NCBI GenBank assembly: GCA_036679605.1
Contig: JAZDCZ010000365.1
Span: 52,329 to 116,328 of the forward strand
Direction of reading: 5' to 3'
DNA: 64,000 bases
Source of the DNA: Gemmatimonadota bacterium
GTDB taxonomy: Bacteria; Gemmatimonadota; Gemmatimonadetes; Gemmatimonadales; GWC2-71-9
Part shown: positions 37,038 to 47,007 of the stretch, in pieces
How the letters are laid out: each line of letters starts with the position of its first letter
Numbering within the stretch: position 1 is the stretch's first letter
The notes under the pieces: model-generated
The model's input: the letters and a program-made list of their open reading frames with translations, nothing else
What the model was told of the DNA's origin: nothing
Database searches by the model: none
Translations under genes and position numbers: made by a program

Positions 37038-38342
37038 TTAGTGAGTTCCCGGTGAATCGTAGTCGTCCACTTTTTTAGACGATCTGTCCTTAGTTGGTGT
37101 CTCGATTCCCCGAACTATGCAGCCCCTCCCGAATCGTGAGTTAATGTCGTCCACGGCGCCAATGATCAGACGGTCACGGTCCCGTTCCGGCGAGGATTCA
37201 GAGAGCAAGCTGAGTTGAAGGTGGATCTTGGGAGATGTGACCAGGTTAGAGGCAGAAACGCCTATCAGGCGGACTCCAGTACGACGGGCCGCTCTCAGTT
37301 GGCGGAGCAATTTCCGGACGGTCTTGCGGATGGGACGGTCGGAGGCCGTCGGGGCGTCGAATGTGCTACTTGCTTGCCTGGTAGTGAAATCTGCGTCCCG
37401 CAATCTGACCGAAATCGTGCGGGCGAAAAATCCCTTGCCGCGCAAGTCGGCGGCAATGCGCGTAGCTTTGCGCAGTACTTCTCTCTCGATGTCTCTGTCC
37501 GATTCGAGATCGATGGCGAACGTCTCCTCCCGACTCAAGGACTTGGCGGCCACGTGGCTTACAACTGGGGCAGCATCGATTCCCCGTATTCTTGAGTGGA
37601 GCCATCGACCGGTTCGCTCACCGAACCACGCTGTCAAACTCTCCGGGTCGATCGCCAGGGCTTGTTGCACGCTGCTTAGGCCGTGCTTGGCAAGGCGCGC
37701 CTGCAGACGCGGACCGACTCCAGGGATATCGGCGAGGTTGAGTTGGGAAAGGAATTGTGTCTCTTTGCCTGGCTGAACGATGAAAACGCCCGCTGCGTGA
37801 TCGTTGTGCGGTTTGGCGCGCTTAGCCGCCAGCTTGGCGATCAGGCGTGACGTGCCGCCTCCGATCGAGATTTTGAGCCCAGTTCGATCGGAGACAGCCT
37901 GGCGAATTGTGGCCGCGATCGCTGCCAGGGACTCCCCGTCATATAGCTGTGCCGTTCCTGTCATGTCGAGGTAGAACTCGTCGATGCTCGCGGGCTCTAC
38001 GATCGGAGTGAACTGCGACAGCACTTGTTTGATTTCGTGGCTCTTGCGGCGGCATAGCTCGCCCGCTACTGGGACTCGTGTCGCCTGGGGACAGAGGCGT
38101 AACGCTTGGGCCATCGGCATACCGGAGCGGACTCCAAACCGCCTGGTTTCGTAGGACGCCGAAGTGACTACGCCCCGGCGAGTGGCTGCACCGCCCACAA
38201 CCAGCAAGGGCTTGCGGCCCGCAACTTCGGGGTCTGCTAGCCGAGCGACCGCTACGAAGAAGGCATCGGCATCCGCCAGGAGGATCTGCCGTTCAAGGCT
38301 ACTGGTTCTCGGCTCATCGAGCGGCGCTGCCACTTGTCTCAA
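37038..38342 (-). CDS. dinB: DNA polymerase IV (Y-family)
   Basis: 'ILLADADAFFVAVA' catalytic Asp motif, 'SIDEFYLDMTG', 'KLIAKLAAKRAKP' and a little-finger domain. Confidence 0.9.
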   Translation of the reverse strand: MRQVAAPLDEPRTSSLERQILLADADAFFVAVARLADPEVAGRKPLLVVGGAATRRGVVTSASYETRRFGVRSGMPMAQALRLCPQATRVPVAGELCRRKSHEIKQVLSQFTPIVEPASIDEFYLDMTGTAQLYDGESLAAIAATIRQAVSDRTGLKISIGGGTSRLIAKLAAKRAKPHNDHAAGVFIVQPGKETQFLSQLNLADIPGVGPRLQARLAKHGLSSVQQALAIDPESLTAWFGERTGRWLHSRIRGIDAAPVVSHVAAKSLSREETFAIDLESDRDIEREVLRKATRIAADLRGKGFFARTISVRLRDADFTTRQASSTFDAPTASDRPIRKTVRKLLRQLRAARRTGVRLIGVSASNLVTSPKIHLQLSLLSESSPERDRDRLIIGAVDDINSRFGRGCIVRGIETPTKDRSSKKVDDYDSPGTH

Positions 38343-38343
38343 C

Positions 38344-39936
38344 CTAGGGGGCTAGGTTTCGACGCACTCTGATTGGCAGGATGGACCAACCGTACCGGAT
38401 GGGGACGCCGCGCTGAGTTCGGAACGGATCGCCGGGTGAAGGCGAATTCACGCTGGCGTAGTGAACCGCAACCACGCGCTGGCGCAGATCGATGAGTGGA
38501 CCCCCGCTTCCCCCCACGGTGGTCGCCGCAGTGTGAATGACCTCTGTGCCTGTGGCGTCGCTGACGCTGCCATTGAGAATGAGTGGCTGGATCAACCCTC
38601 TACGCGCCAGTTCCACGGCAAGCTCCCGACTGTCCTCGCCAGCCTTGCGTAGGATCTCGGCGCGCTCATCGTCGTCGACTCGGAACAGCAGGTTGTGAAC
38701 ACCGGTGGGATAACCGATGAACACCAAGGGGTCACCGGGGCGTGGACCTTGGGTGGCGGGTGCCAGCGGGAGCGGTGGAGCGTCAACTCTCGACCCCAGA
38801 ATGTGCATGACCGCAATGTCAGCCTGGTCCGATGAGGAGTCCACCACCATAGAGAATGATTGTCGCCCAGGCGGGAAGAACGCCTCCAGGGAAATGAATC
38901 GGCCGGTCGCCCGAATGCCACGCGACTGCATGAACGCGAGTTCTTCGTCCTCGCGCCACGGCTCGGCGACGTGCCGGTTGGTTAGCAAATATCCGGCTGA
39001 ATCGATTAGGAACGCGGTGGCCGTTCCTTGGCGCTTGACCGGCGGCCCAGACCCGCCGAAACCTACTTGCGGGGTTGGCGGGCCTCTTCCACTGGGCGAG
39101 ACAATCGGGTTACCCCTTGAGTCGATGGAGTAACGCAGAAGCTCGGTGCCTCCCCTCTCAACGTATCCGTACGAGAAAACTACCAGCGCCACGCCCCGGC
39201 TGTAGTCTCGGATCTTGTTCGGATCGATACGTGGATCTTCGGCTAGCTTCTGCTGACTGGCCTCTACTGCGTCTCGCAGGGAATCGTAGCGTGAAAGGAC
39301 TGTTGCGAGATCTTGTTCAAGTGCAGTTCGTGAAGTCAGTTCGGTGCCCAGCGTGCTCGAAAGTTCGGCTAACGTGCGCTCGAGAGCGGCCTTGCTCCGC
39401 TCCTGCCAGATTCCCACCCCCACGATCCCGACAAGTCCGAATAATGATATGACCAAGAGGAGCCGCCGAGTGTGGCGTACTCGCCGCACGGCTACCGCAA
39501 GCAGTTCGCGGGTAGTCCGGGTTGGGTGCGCGCCAAGTCTTGACTTCGCATCCGAGTCGGGTCGCGTAAGCGCGAGTAGTTCGGATGCACGGGCCGTTTC
39601 GCTAGGGTCGAGGGTCGGCATCACTCCGTCTTGGGCATGGAGTACGAATCTCGCACCGGGGCCGCCTGCTCCGAATTGTAGGAGGTCACCCTCTCTCAGG
39701 ATGCGCTGCTCAATCCGCTCGGCATTTACGAACGTGCCGTTGCGGCTATCGCTATCGCGCAGGACATGACTGCCGTCCCGACAGAGCAGCGTTGCATGCC
39801 TAGACGACACCAGCACCTCGTGAGGTGCGAAGGTTATGGTACACTGTGGGTCTCGACCGAGCGTTATGTCTTCTCCGGTCAGGTCGAAAACCGTTCCTGC
39901 TCGGCTTCCCGTGAGGAATATTAGCCGTGGCGCCAT
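38344..39936 (-). CDS. FHA domain - TM - trypsin-like (S1C-type) serine protease fusion protein
   Basis: N-terminal FHA ('ITLGRDPQCTITF...SRHATL...DSDSRNGTFVN'). TM 'LLLVISLFGLVGIVGVGIW'. C-terminal 'GTATAFLIDSAGYLLTNRHV' (His) and 'GGSGGPLID' (Ser). Confidence 0.8.
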   Translation of the reverse strand: MAPRLIFLTGSRAGTVFDLTGEDITLGRDPQCTITFAPHEVLVSSRHATLLCRDGSHVLRDSDSRNGTFVNAERIEQRILREGDLLQFGAGGPGARFVLHAQDGVMPTLDPSETARASELLALTRPDSDAKSRLGAHPTRTTRELLAVAVRRVRHTRRLLLVISLFGLVGIVGVGIWQERSKAALERTLAELSSTLGTELTSRTALEQDLATVLSRYDSLRDAVEASQQKLAEDPRIDPNKIRDYSRGVALVVFSYGYVERGGTELLRYSIDSRGNPIVSPSGRGPPTPQVGFGGSGPPVKRQGTATAFLIDSAGYLLTNRHVAEPWREDEELAFMQSRGIRATGRFISLEAFFPPGRQSFSMVVDSSSDQADIAVMHILGSRVDAPPLPLAPATQGPRPGDPLVFIGYPTGVHNLLFRVDDDERAEILRKAGEDSRELAVELARRGLIQPLILNGSVSDATGTEVIHTAATTVGGSGGPLIDLRQRVVAVHYASVNSPSPGDPFRTQRGVPIRYGWSILPIRVRRNLAP

Positions 39937-40051
39937 CCAATCCCTCCTAGACTGACAAAGCTAGCGTAGCTGGCCTTGCGCAGCGGTGTCAAGTGAGCGT
40001 GACCTCTGGTGCGGCCCCAAGTCCGCGTGGCTATCTTTGCAAGACGAAAGG

Positions 40052-40561
40052 ATGGGCTCAATCATGCCGATGGTTCCGTTTGATCAACTACCCGAGAGCG
40101 CCAGGCTTTGGGCCTTCGGGTGCTCACGTTCACTGGATGTGGGTGAGGAGCGAGAACTGAAAGAATCGGTCGAGTTGTTTCTTACCGACTGGGCGGCCCA
40201 TGGCGCATTGCTAACGTCGAGCTGGGAGTGGCGATATCACCAATTCCTGTTTGTGGCGGTGGACCAAAGTGACACGGGACCGTCCGGTTGCTCGATCGAC
40301 GCGCTGGTGGGGCGTCTCAGGGCGCTCGGCTCGAAACTGGGCGTCGATCTCCTGGCCAACAGCCCTGTCTTCTATCGGGACGATAGCGGCATTCGCAGAG
40401 TAACTCGTGACGAGTTCTCCGAATCGATGCAAGCGGGTACGGTGGACCTTGATACCGTGGTTTTCGACAATACGATTCAGTCTGTGAGTGAACTCAGGAC
40501 GGGACGGTGGGAGTTGCCCGCCAAGGAGTCGTGGCACGCACGCGCCTTTTCTCTGGTCTAA
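40052..40561 (+). CDS. Hypothetical protein
   Basis: Conserved-looking 'GPSGCSID' segment. No function recognised. Start uncertain (40052 or 40064). Confidence 0.45.
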   Translation: MGSIMPMVPFDQLPESARLWAFGCSRSLDVGEERELKESVELFLTDWAAHGALLTSSWEWRYHQFLFVAVDQSDTGPSGCSIDALVGRLRALGSKLGVDLLANSPVFYRDDSGIRRVTRDEFSESMQAGTVDLDTVVFDNTIQSVSELRTGRWELPAKESWHARAFSLV

Positions 40562-40712
40562 ATCGTTTGCCTGGTGCCATTTAGGGGTTTTGTTGGCCGG
40601 GTCCTTGGTGCTGGGAGCAATCGGTACCTCGAATGAAGAGTGAAACCCTCGTGTCGGCTTCGACGTAAAGCCCTAGTAGGTAGATAGACATACAGATATG
40701 GGAGAGTGAGTT

Positions 40713-41459
40713 ATGAGGCCTGTCAGAAGGCTGTTTGTTTCGATCGGCGCCCCCCTCATCCTTGTGTTGGGAGTTGGGGTCGCCTGGGGTGTTCGGAAGG
40801 GCTCGACCATGGTCAGGGAAATCGAGCGCTGGAGTGAGAGCCTCGAGCATACCGCGGATCCCGTAGAGTTGCGGGTGTCCGGGTTCCCCATCATCTCCAC
40901 CATGTATCTGGATGGCGCGAAGATCGGCAAGCTCGACCGGATCGTCGTGTTGCGAGAGCGGGTCGGTGAAGTGGACAGCGTTCAATTGATCGCGCACGTG
41001 GATGACCGCCATCTAGCGCGCGTCAGCGGGTGCAACTTTGCATTCGATCCCGAGGCGATGCAGGACGTTTTTCCAACTGAAGGTTGGAAGCGAGTGTTAC
41101 AGTGCGAGTCCGACGTTTCGCATCTTACGCCGTTTGGCTCGGTGTTGTTTGAAGGCTCAGATCTATCCTCACCGCTGTACGTGGAGCGTTGGTCTTCCGA
41201 TTGTAGCGACGAGTTGAGCACCAACGTCGAGACCTCGGTCAGCGCAGCTATGGCCTCGGTGGTGGAAGTGTCGGAGGCATTGGGGGTAGAGGTAGACGCT
41301 TCGGTAGATGAATCGGTTGTAGCTCCAAGCGTCGCCCTATCAGTCGACTGTCTCGGGTCTCAGAAAGCGCGGTTGCGCGCGCAGGTCCGGCGATTACGCG
41401 ATCAGATCCGGAGGGATGTCAGAAGGAGCACAAGAAACGTCCGGGTAAGGGTCCCCTAG
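40713..41459 (+). CDS. Hypothetical membrane-anchored protein
   Basis: N-terminal TM 'LFVSIGAPLILVLGVGVAWGV'. Basic C-terminal tail. Confidence 0.45.
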   Translation: MRPVRRLFVSIGAPLILVLGVGVAWGVRKGSTMVREIERWSESLEHTADPVELRVSGFPIISTMYLDGAKIGKLDRIVVLRERVGEVDSVQLIAHVDDRHLARVSGCNFAFDPEAMQDVFPTEGWKRVLQCESDVSHLTPFGSVLFEGSDLSSPLYVERWSSDCSDELSTNVETSVSAAMASVVEVSEALGVEVDASVDESVVAPSVALSVDCLGSQKARLRAQVRRLRDQIRRDVRRSTRNVRVRVP

Positions 41460-41572
41460 TTCAGGCCGGTATGGCTACTATGAAACCCGCCCGGCTTCTG
41501 AGTCGGTCGGGTTTCGTCTATTTAGACCCCACACTTATCTGAGATCCGTCAGTACTGTAGATTCGCCAGGAC

Positions 41573-43573
41573 ATGAGTGATCGAATCCTCCACACCACGT
41601 GTCCCCTGGATTGTCCGGACAGCTGTGCTCTCGAAGTGTCGATTGGGGATGATGGGGATTTTTCAATCGAGGGTAGTAACGACCACCCACTGACATCCGG
41701 GTTTATCTGCAGCAAGGTTTCGCGGTTCGGGCGTCGAGTCTCGCATGCAGACCGCCTGCTCCATCCCATGCGGCGAACCGGAAAGAAGGGAGACGGGAGT
41801 TTTGAGAGGATCTCCTGGAGTGAGGCAGTAGAAGAAATCACTCAGCGGTTCGGCGAGATTATCTCGAAATGGGGGGGAGAAGCGATCCTCCCCTATCACT
41901 ATGGCGGCTCTAACGGATTCCTTACGGATGGTTTGATTGACGACCTGTACTTCGCAAGACTGGGCGCGTCGCGGATCGCTAAGACTCTGTGTGCAGCCAC
42001 GTCGGGCGCTGTTACCGAGGGGATGTATGGGAAGATGCCGGGAGTGGCGATCGAGGACTATCAGCGCGCCGGCTGCATAGTGGTTTGGGGAGCTAATCCG
42101 AAAGCGTCCAATATCCACCTGGTGCCGTTTCTCAAACAGGCAAAGCAGCGAGGGGCTTTCATAGCCGCAATCGATCCGATCCGGAACTTTTCGGACCGGG
42201 AGATCGATGTCCATCTACCGGTCAGGCCCGGTGCGGATCTGCCGTTGGCCTTGGGGTTGATAAAGCGTTGGATCGATACGGATCAATTAGACAGTGAATT
42301 CTTGGACGGTAACGTTCGTTCAGTTGATCCGATCCTGGCCGCGGCCCAAGAGTGGCCACTAGATAGAGCTGCAGCGGAGGCTGGAGTCTCCGAGCATGAC
42401 ATTGTCGTTCTGGCCGATGCCTACGCCGAGCGGTCTCCGGCCGTTATTCGCTGTGGGTGGGGGCTCGAGCGGAATCGAAACGGCGGGCGCGCCATTGCGG
42501 CAATTCTGGCAATGCCGGCTCTGCTGGGCAAGTTCGGAGTTCGGGGCGGTGGATATACTCTGAGCAATAGCGGCCACGCCACTTTCGATCGGGCGCGGCT
42601 GTTCGACACGTCGGATTGGCAGACTCGGCGGTTCAACCAAACTCGGTTGGCAGCAGTGCTGAGGGAGACGGTAGATCCTCCGGTGAAAGCTCTTTTCGTT
42701 TACAACTGCAATCCCGCCGTTACAGTGCCCGATCAGAGATCGGTGCTGCGGGAATTATCGGACGAAGATCTGTTTACGGTGGTTTTTGACCAAGTGATGA
42801 CAGACACGGCTGCCTATGGTGATATACTGCTACCCGCCACGACGTTTCTCGAGCACTGGGACCTGCGGGTCTCCTACGGCAGCTACACAGTAGGTGGAGT
42901 GAGACCGGTTATGGAGCCGCGAGGGGAAGCTAGGTCCAATGTGGAAGTCTTCGCGGAGCTTGGACGAGCCATGGAATTCACCGACAAAGCGTTTTCATGG
43001 ACATCTGAAATGGCGTTGGAGCAAGTCGCTGCTGCCATGTCGTTGAATGGACTAGCGATCGATTCTAGGGTGATCGCGCGGGGTGGATCGCAACGGCATG
43101 AGCAACATCAGAATTTCTTACCGCGGACGCTAGATGGCAAAATTGATCTTTGTCCCCAGCAGCTTGGTGCTGCTCCGTTCAGGTATGATGATACCGCTTC
43201 CCCAGGCTTTCCCCTGAGACTGGTTAGTCCAGCCAGCTCAAAGATGATTACCAGCACGTTAGGCGAGTTCAATCTCGATGAGTTGGTTGTGCTGCTTCAT
43301 CCGGACGATGCGGCAATCCGTGGAATTGTGACTGGTGATGCCGTTCGCGTTTTCAACGAATTGGGGGAGGTGATCTGTACATCGCGCGTAACCGACCGAA
43401 TTCGTCCCGGTGTCGTATCGATGCCCAAGGGCGCGTGGCGCAAGTCGTCACGTAACGGGCTGACGTCGACCGCGCTCTGCCCTCCACATGTCAATGACGT
43501 CGGCGGCGGGGCATGCTTCAACGATGCCCGCGTGGAGGTAGCGGTAACGCATGCGTTACCGCTACCCACCTAG
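41573..43573 (+). CDS. Molybdopterin-dependent oxidoreductase (DMSO reductase superfamily, cytoplasmic type)
   Basis: N-terminal 4Fe-4S motif 'CPLDCPDSCALEV'. Molybdopterin-binding and C-terminal dinucleotide-binding barrel ('GDAVRVFNELGEV'). Confidence 0.85.
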   Translation: MSDRILHTTCPLDCPDSCALEVSIGDDGDFSIEGSNDHPLTSGFICSKVSRFGRRVSHADRLLHPMRRTGKKGDGSFERISWSEAVEEITQRFGEIISKWGGEAILPYHYGGSNGFLTDGLIDDLYFARLGASRIAKTLCAATSGAVTEGMYGKMPGVAIEDYQRAGCIVVWGANPKASNIHLVPFLKQAKQRGAFIAAIDPIRNFSDREIDVHLPVRPGADLPLALGLIKRWIDTDQLDSEFLDGNVRSVDPILAAAQEWPLDRAAAEAGVSEHDIVVLADAYAERSPAVIRCGWGLERNRNGGRAIAAILAMPALLGKFGVRGGGYTLSNSGHATFDRARLFDTSDWQTRRFNQTRLAAVLRETVDPPVKALFVYNCNPAVTVPDQRSVLRELSDEDLFTVVFDQVMTDTAAYGDILLPATTFLEHWDLRVSYGSYTVGGVRPVMEPRGEARSNVEVFAELGRAMEFTDKAFSWTSEMALEQVAAAMSLNGLAIDSRVIARGGSQRHEQHQNFLPRTLDGKIDLCPQQLGAAPFRYDDTASPGFPLRLVSPASSKMITSTLGEFNLDELVVLLHPDDAAIRGIVTGDAVRVFNELGEVICTSRVTDRIRPGVVSMPKGAWRKSSRNGLTSTALCPPHVNDVGGGACFNDARVEVAVTHALPLPT

Positions 43574-45210
43574 GATGCATCGCCCTGCTGAAACACGATG
43601 TCTACAGGAACGCCCAATTCGGCGAGCCGATCGAGATCGGATTGAAGAACCGGACCGACTATTCCTTTCTCATCGAACAACTTGGATGCAGCTTCGTAGT
43701 CTCCTTCACCCTGAATAGTGAGAATCAGACCTGATAGCTGAACCATTGCTTGCTTCATCTTTTCAAAATCTACGCTGTAACGTCCGGACGCTTCATCGCG
43801 TGTAAATGCGCCCAGTTCTTCAAAGAAATTGAAACGGACCATGTTTGCCTTACCGTGGGCGTCAGATGCCCCGAATCTTACCGACCGGAACACACTTGCC
43901 ATGAATGTGACGTAGTTGTCGCGTACATCGCCGTCGGTCAACTCTCCATCCTCGAACAGTTTCGTTATCATGTAGAGCCCCAGGATGTCGGCCTTACCTT
44001 CTTCCATCGCGGAAGCGTGTTCTTTGAGGGCCTCTCTTACCGTACCCTTCCCGTCAACCGTGTTCTTGATGCCGAGTCCGTGAGCTACCTCGTGAAACAT
44101 GGTGTTTGCGAAGAAAGCGTCGAATGTGATGTGCTGCTCCTGGTCGGCAGCGATCAATTCGTTCGCAAGCGGTATTAGAATGTTGTCGAACTTTGCTCGC
44201 ATGGTGTTCTTGAGCTGTAGCCTGCGCGTACCCTTCTCGAGTTGTACGGTCTCGTCGTTGGGAAGATTGATCGCGATTGTCTTTGCGCCCGTGTTGGCCT
44301 CACCCGCATAGTAGACCACATCATATGCGTTGAGGTCTGACTGGGATCCGGGCATCTCCTGTTTATAGGCAGGTGTCACAGGTAGCCCGCGCTGCAATGC
44401 GGGGAGTAGTGCCGTAAAGCGCGACAAGCGATCGCTCCACGTTTTGTCTTTAATGAGCACATATGCCTCGTACGCTGCCTTATAGCCAAAGAGTTGATCT
44501 TCATACGTTTCAATCGGCCCGATGATGATGTCGAGGGTGTTGTCCTTCATCGACATCCACGCCAAGTCGCTGGCTCGATATTCATCGTCAAGCAGTGCAT
44601 CTGCACGGAGGGATAAGTAGTGCCTCAGGCCCGGATCTTCAGCAATCGCTGACGCTTCTCGGAGCTTGTCCGAGGCTTTCTTCACGTGATCTGCGAACGC
44701 CTCATGGTATGGTATCGTCGTGAGTGAACCGTCGGGACCTCGACGTACCAGAGTATATAGGCTACGTAGCTGTTCCGAGCTTGCGGTAGAGGCGGCTTCC
44801 GCTTGCTCGAATTCCTGTTTGGTCAGATCGGCAGGATACAGATTGGCGCCGGCGGGCTTTTCACCGACTCCATCCACGAACGGCTTTTCGTTATTCAGTC
44901 TATCCCACGGTCCGATGTTGATAGCCACGTACTGTCGTTCTGTCGGTGAATCGATGCTTGCAAGTAGTGAATCCTTGTTACCGTAGGTCTGTTGCCAGAA
45001 GATCGGATCCATATGCTGGGCAGCCTCGATCAGAAGCGGAATCATCTGCCGTTCCGACACTGTTAGGCCGGACGTATCGAGGGTGAGTCGCACCGTAGCG
45101 TATTGATCGATCTTGTCTTGGACGTTCACTTGGTTATTCTCACAGCTCGTTGATAAGAAGCCCAGCGAGAGAATCCCTGCAGCGGTAGCAAGTCGGTTAA
45201 GTCGGGTCAT
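43570..45210 (-). CDS. M49-like (dipeptidyl-peptidase III family) zinc metallopeptidase lipoprotein
   Basis: Lipobox 'LSTSC'. 'HEVAHGLG' and 'EEGKADILG' resemble the HExxH / EExxAD pair of short bacterial DPP3-like proteins. Confidence 0.7.
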   Translation of the reverse strand: MTRLNRLATAAGILSLGFLSTSCENNQVNVQDKIDQYATVRLTLDTSGLTVSERQMIPLLIEAAQHMDPIFWQQTYGNKDSLLASIDSPTERQYVAINIGPWDRLNNEKPFVDGVGEKPAGANLYPADLTKQEFEQAEAASTASSEQLRSLYTLVRRGPDGSLTTIPYHEAFADHVKKASDKLREASAIAEDPGLRHYLSLRADALLDDEYRASDLAWMSMKDNTLDIIIGPIETYEDQLFGYKAAYEAYVLIKDKTWSDRLSRFTALLPALQRGLPVTPAYKQEMPGSQSDLNAYDVVYYAGEANTGAKTIAINLPNDETVQLEKGTRRLQLKNTMRAKFDNILIPLANELIAADQEQHITFDAFFANTMFHEVAHGLGIKNTVDGKGTVREALKEHASAMEEGKADILGLYMITKLFEDGELTDGDVRDNYVTFMASVFRSVRFGASDAHGKANMVRFNFFEELGAFTRDEASGRYSVDFEKMKQAMVQLSGLILTIQGEGDYEAASKLFDEKGIVGPVLQSDLDRLAELGVPVDIVFQQGDAS

Positions 45211-45316
45211 GACGATCTCAGAGTTAGGTTGTGGCCAACTATCGATATCGAGCGATCACGTATCTTATGTGCCGTGCTTGGGATTCTAGGTCCGTTTACG
45301 CCGGAGGTCCACCTTA

Positions 45317-46195
45317 GTGGCAAAACGCCGATGGATGCCCGTACTGCAACTCGCCTCCGGCGCTATACTGATCAGCTTCTCGCCGGTGTTTGTGAAGCTG
45401 GCCGGGATAGGACCCTCGGCCATTGCGTTCTACCGTGTGTTCATCGGCGGGATCATTCTCTCGGGCCTAGTCGTGATCGGCAGAACGCGAATCCGGATCG
45501 GGTCACGGGCACTGGGACTAGCTGGACTCTGCGGGTTGTTGCTCGCAGCAGATCTGATTCTTTGGCATCGCAGCATAGAGTTGATAGGTCCCGGGTTGGC
45601 CACGATCATGGGGAATTTCCAGGTGTTTGTCCTGGCAGGCTACGGTGTTCTTGTCTTACGCGAGCGCCTGACGCCGCGACTCGCCGTGGCGATTCCATTG
45701 GCGTTAGTCGGACTGTTCCTGATTTTCGGACTCGAGTGGACTGCGGTCCGGGCGGACTACAAACTCGGCGTCGGTCTTGGCCTGCTCACCGCGGCGACGT
45801 ACGGCGGCTTTCTCATAATATTGAGGAAAGTACAGTCGGGCCCTGAAGCGCCTGATCCTACCGTTACACTGGCAATGTTGTCGCTCGTTGCAGCGATGTT
45901 CCTACCGGTGGTTGTGCAGCTGAGGGGCGAGAGTCTTCGAGTTGTCGATGCAGACACCTGGTTCTGGCTCATCTCGTACGCCATCGTGTCGCACGTGATC
46001 GGTTGGGTGTTGATTTCAAGGGCACTGCCCCGTGTGCAGGCGTCGCGCGTTGGGCTAATCTTGCTTCTTCAGCCTTCGTTGGCGTTCGTTTGGGATGTCG
46101 TCCTGTTCGGCCGTACCACGGTGCCGCTCGAACTCGCTGGGGCCGGCATGGCGCTAGGGGCTATCTATCTGGGGACCGCTGCGCCGCCCGAGTAG
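45317..46195 (+). CDS. DMT superfamily (EamA) transporter
   Basis: 10 TM segments in two EamA-like halves. Confidence 0.82.
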   Translation: MAKRRWMPVLQLASGAILISFSPVFVKLAGIGPSAIAFYRVFIGGIILSGLVVIGRTRIRIGSRALGLAGLCGLLLAADLILWHRSIELIGPGLATIMGNFQVFVLAGYGVLVLRERLTPRLAVAIPLALVGLFLIFGLEWTAVRADYKLGVGLGLLTAATYGGFLIILRKVQSGPEAPDPTVTLAMLSLVAAMFLPVVVQLRGESLRVVDADTWFWLISYAIVSHVIGWVLISRALPRVQASRVGLILLLQPSLAFVWDVVLFGRTTVPLELAGAGMALGAIYLGTAAPPE

Positions 46196-46200
46196 AAGCG

Positions 46201-47007
46201 CTAGAACCTTCCGCGCGACCGCTCCTTTGCCGGCAAAACCTCTAAGCAGGTTGTCCACCAACCGGTTCTTATCGTCTCGATGAACTCATCCGGTAGGTTC
46301 TCGTCACGCATTTCGTTTGCCAGCAGCTCGTAGTCGTAGCGTAGCTGTACGAACTCGACGCGAATCTCGCAGTCTGTTGCGTCGAGCATGGTGTACCATA
46401 CCTTGGACAGACCGTCGTTAGCGGGCCGGCCGACAGCGCCGACGTTGACATACCAAGATTGAGGACCGAGCCGGCGCTGCCAGTGGACCCCCGTATGTGT
46501 GCCCAGCAGTACGTCACAACGGAAATCTTGGGCTAACTTCCGTAGGAAATGGGTCGGGGTAGCGGATTCCCACAGAAACTCGTTCATCTGGCGGGGACTG
46601 CCGTGACAGCACAGAACATCCAGGCCACCCAACCGAAACCGAAAGTCGTTCGGTAGCTCGGCAAGCCACGCCCGGTGCGCAGTTGAAGTGTGGGCGAATG
46701 TGTAGTCGTACGAAAGCGCTGCGAAGTAGTTGTCGCGTGGGTCGGTGTATCCACATTGACAATCAGCGAGGCCGCGTGCAAGGGAGTCATCATAGTTACC
46801 GCGCATGACTTTGACATCGTACTGCTCGAGTATTGGAAACACCTTGTCAGGTGAGGGTCCAAAGGCACCGAGATCACCAAGGCAAAAAATCTGCTCGGCG
46901 CCACGCTCACGAGCGTCGCGAACGGCGGTCTCTAGGGCGATGTGATTAGAGTACACACCACCGAGCGCCGCTATTCGCGTGAAACTTGAGTCGGGAGGCT
47001 GGTTCAC
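46201..47007 (-). CDS. Metallophosphoesterase (calcineurin-like)
   Basis: 'FCLGDLGAFGP', 'RGNYD', 'LCCHGSP' and 'LGTHTG' metal-binding motifs. Confidence 0.8.
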   Translation of the reverse strand: MNQPPDSSFTRIAALGGVYSNHIALETAVRDARERGAEQIFCLGDLGAFGPSPDKVFPILEQYDVKVMRGNYDDSLARGLADCQCGYTDPRDNYFAALSYDYTFAHTSTAHRAWLAELPNDFRFRLGGLDVLCCHGSPRQMNEFLWESATPTHFLRKLAQDFRCDVLLGTHTGVHWQRRLGPQSWYVNVGAVGRPANDGLSKVWYTMLDATDCEIRVEFVQLRYDYELLANEMRDENLPDEFIETIRTGWWTTCLEVLPAKERSRGRF

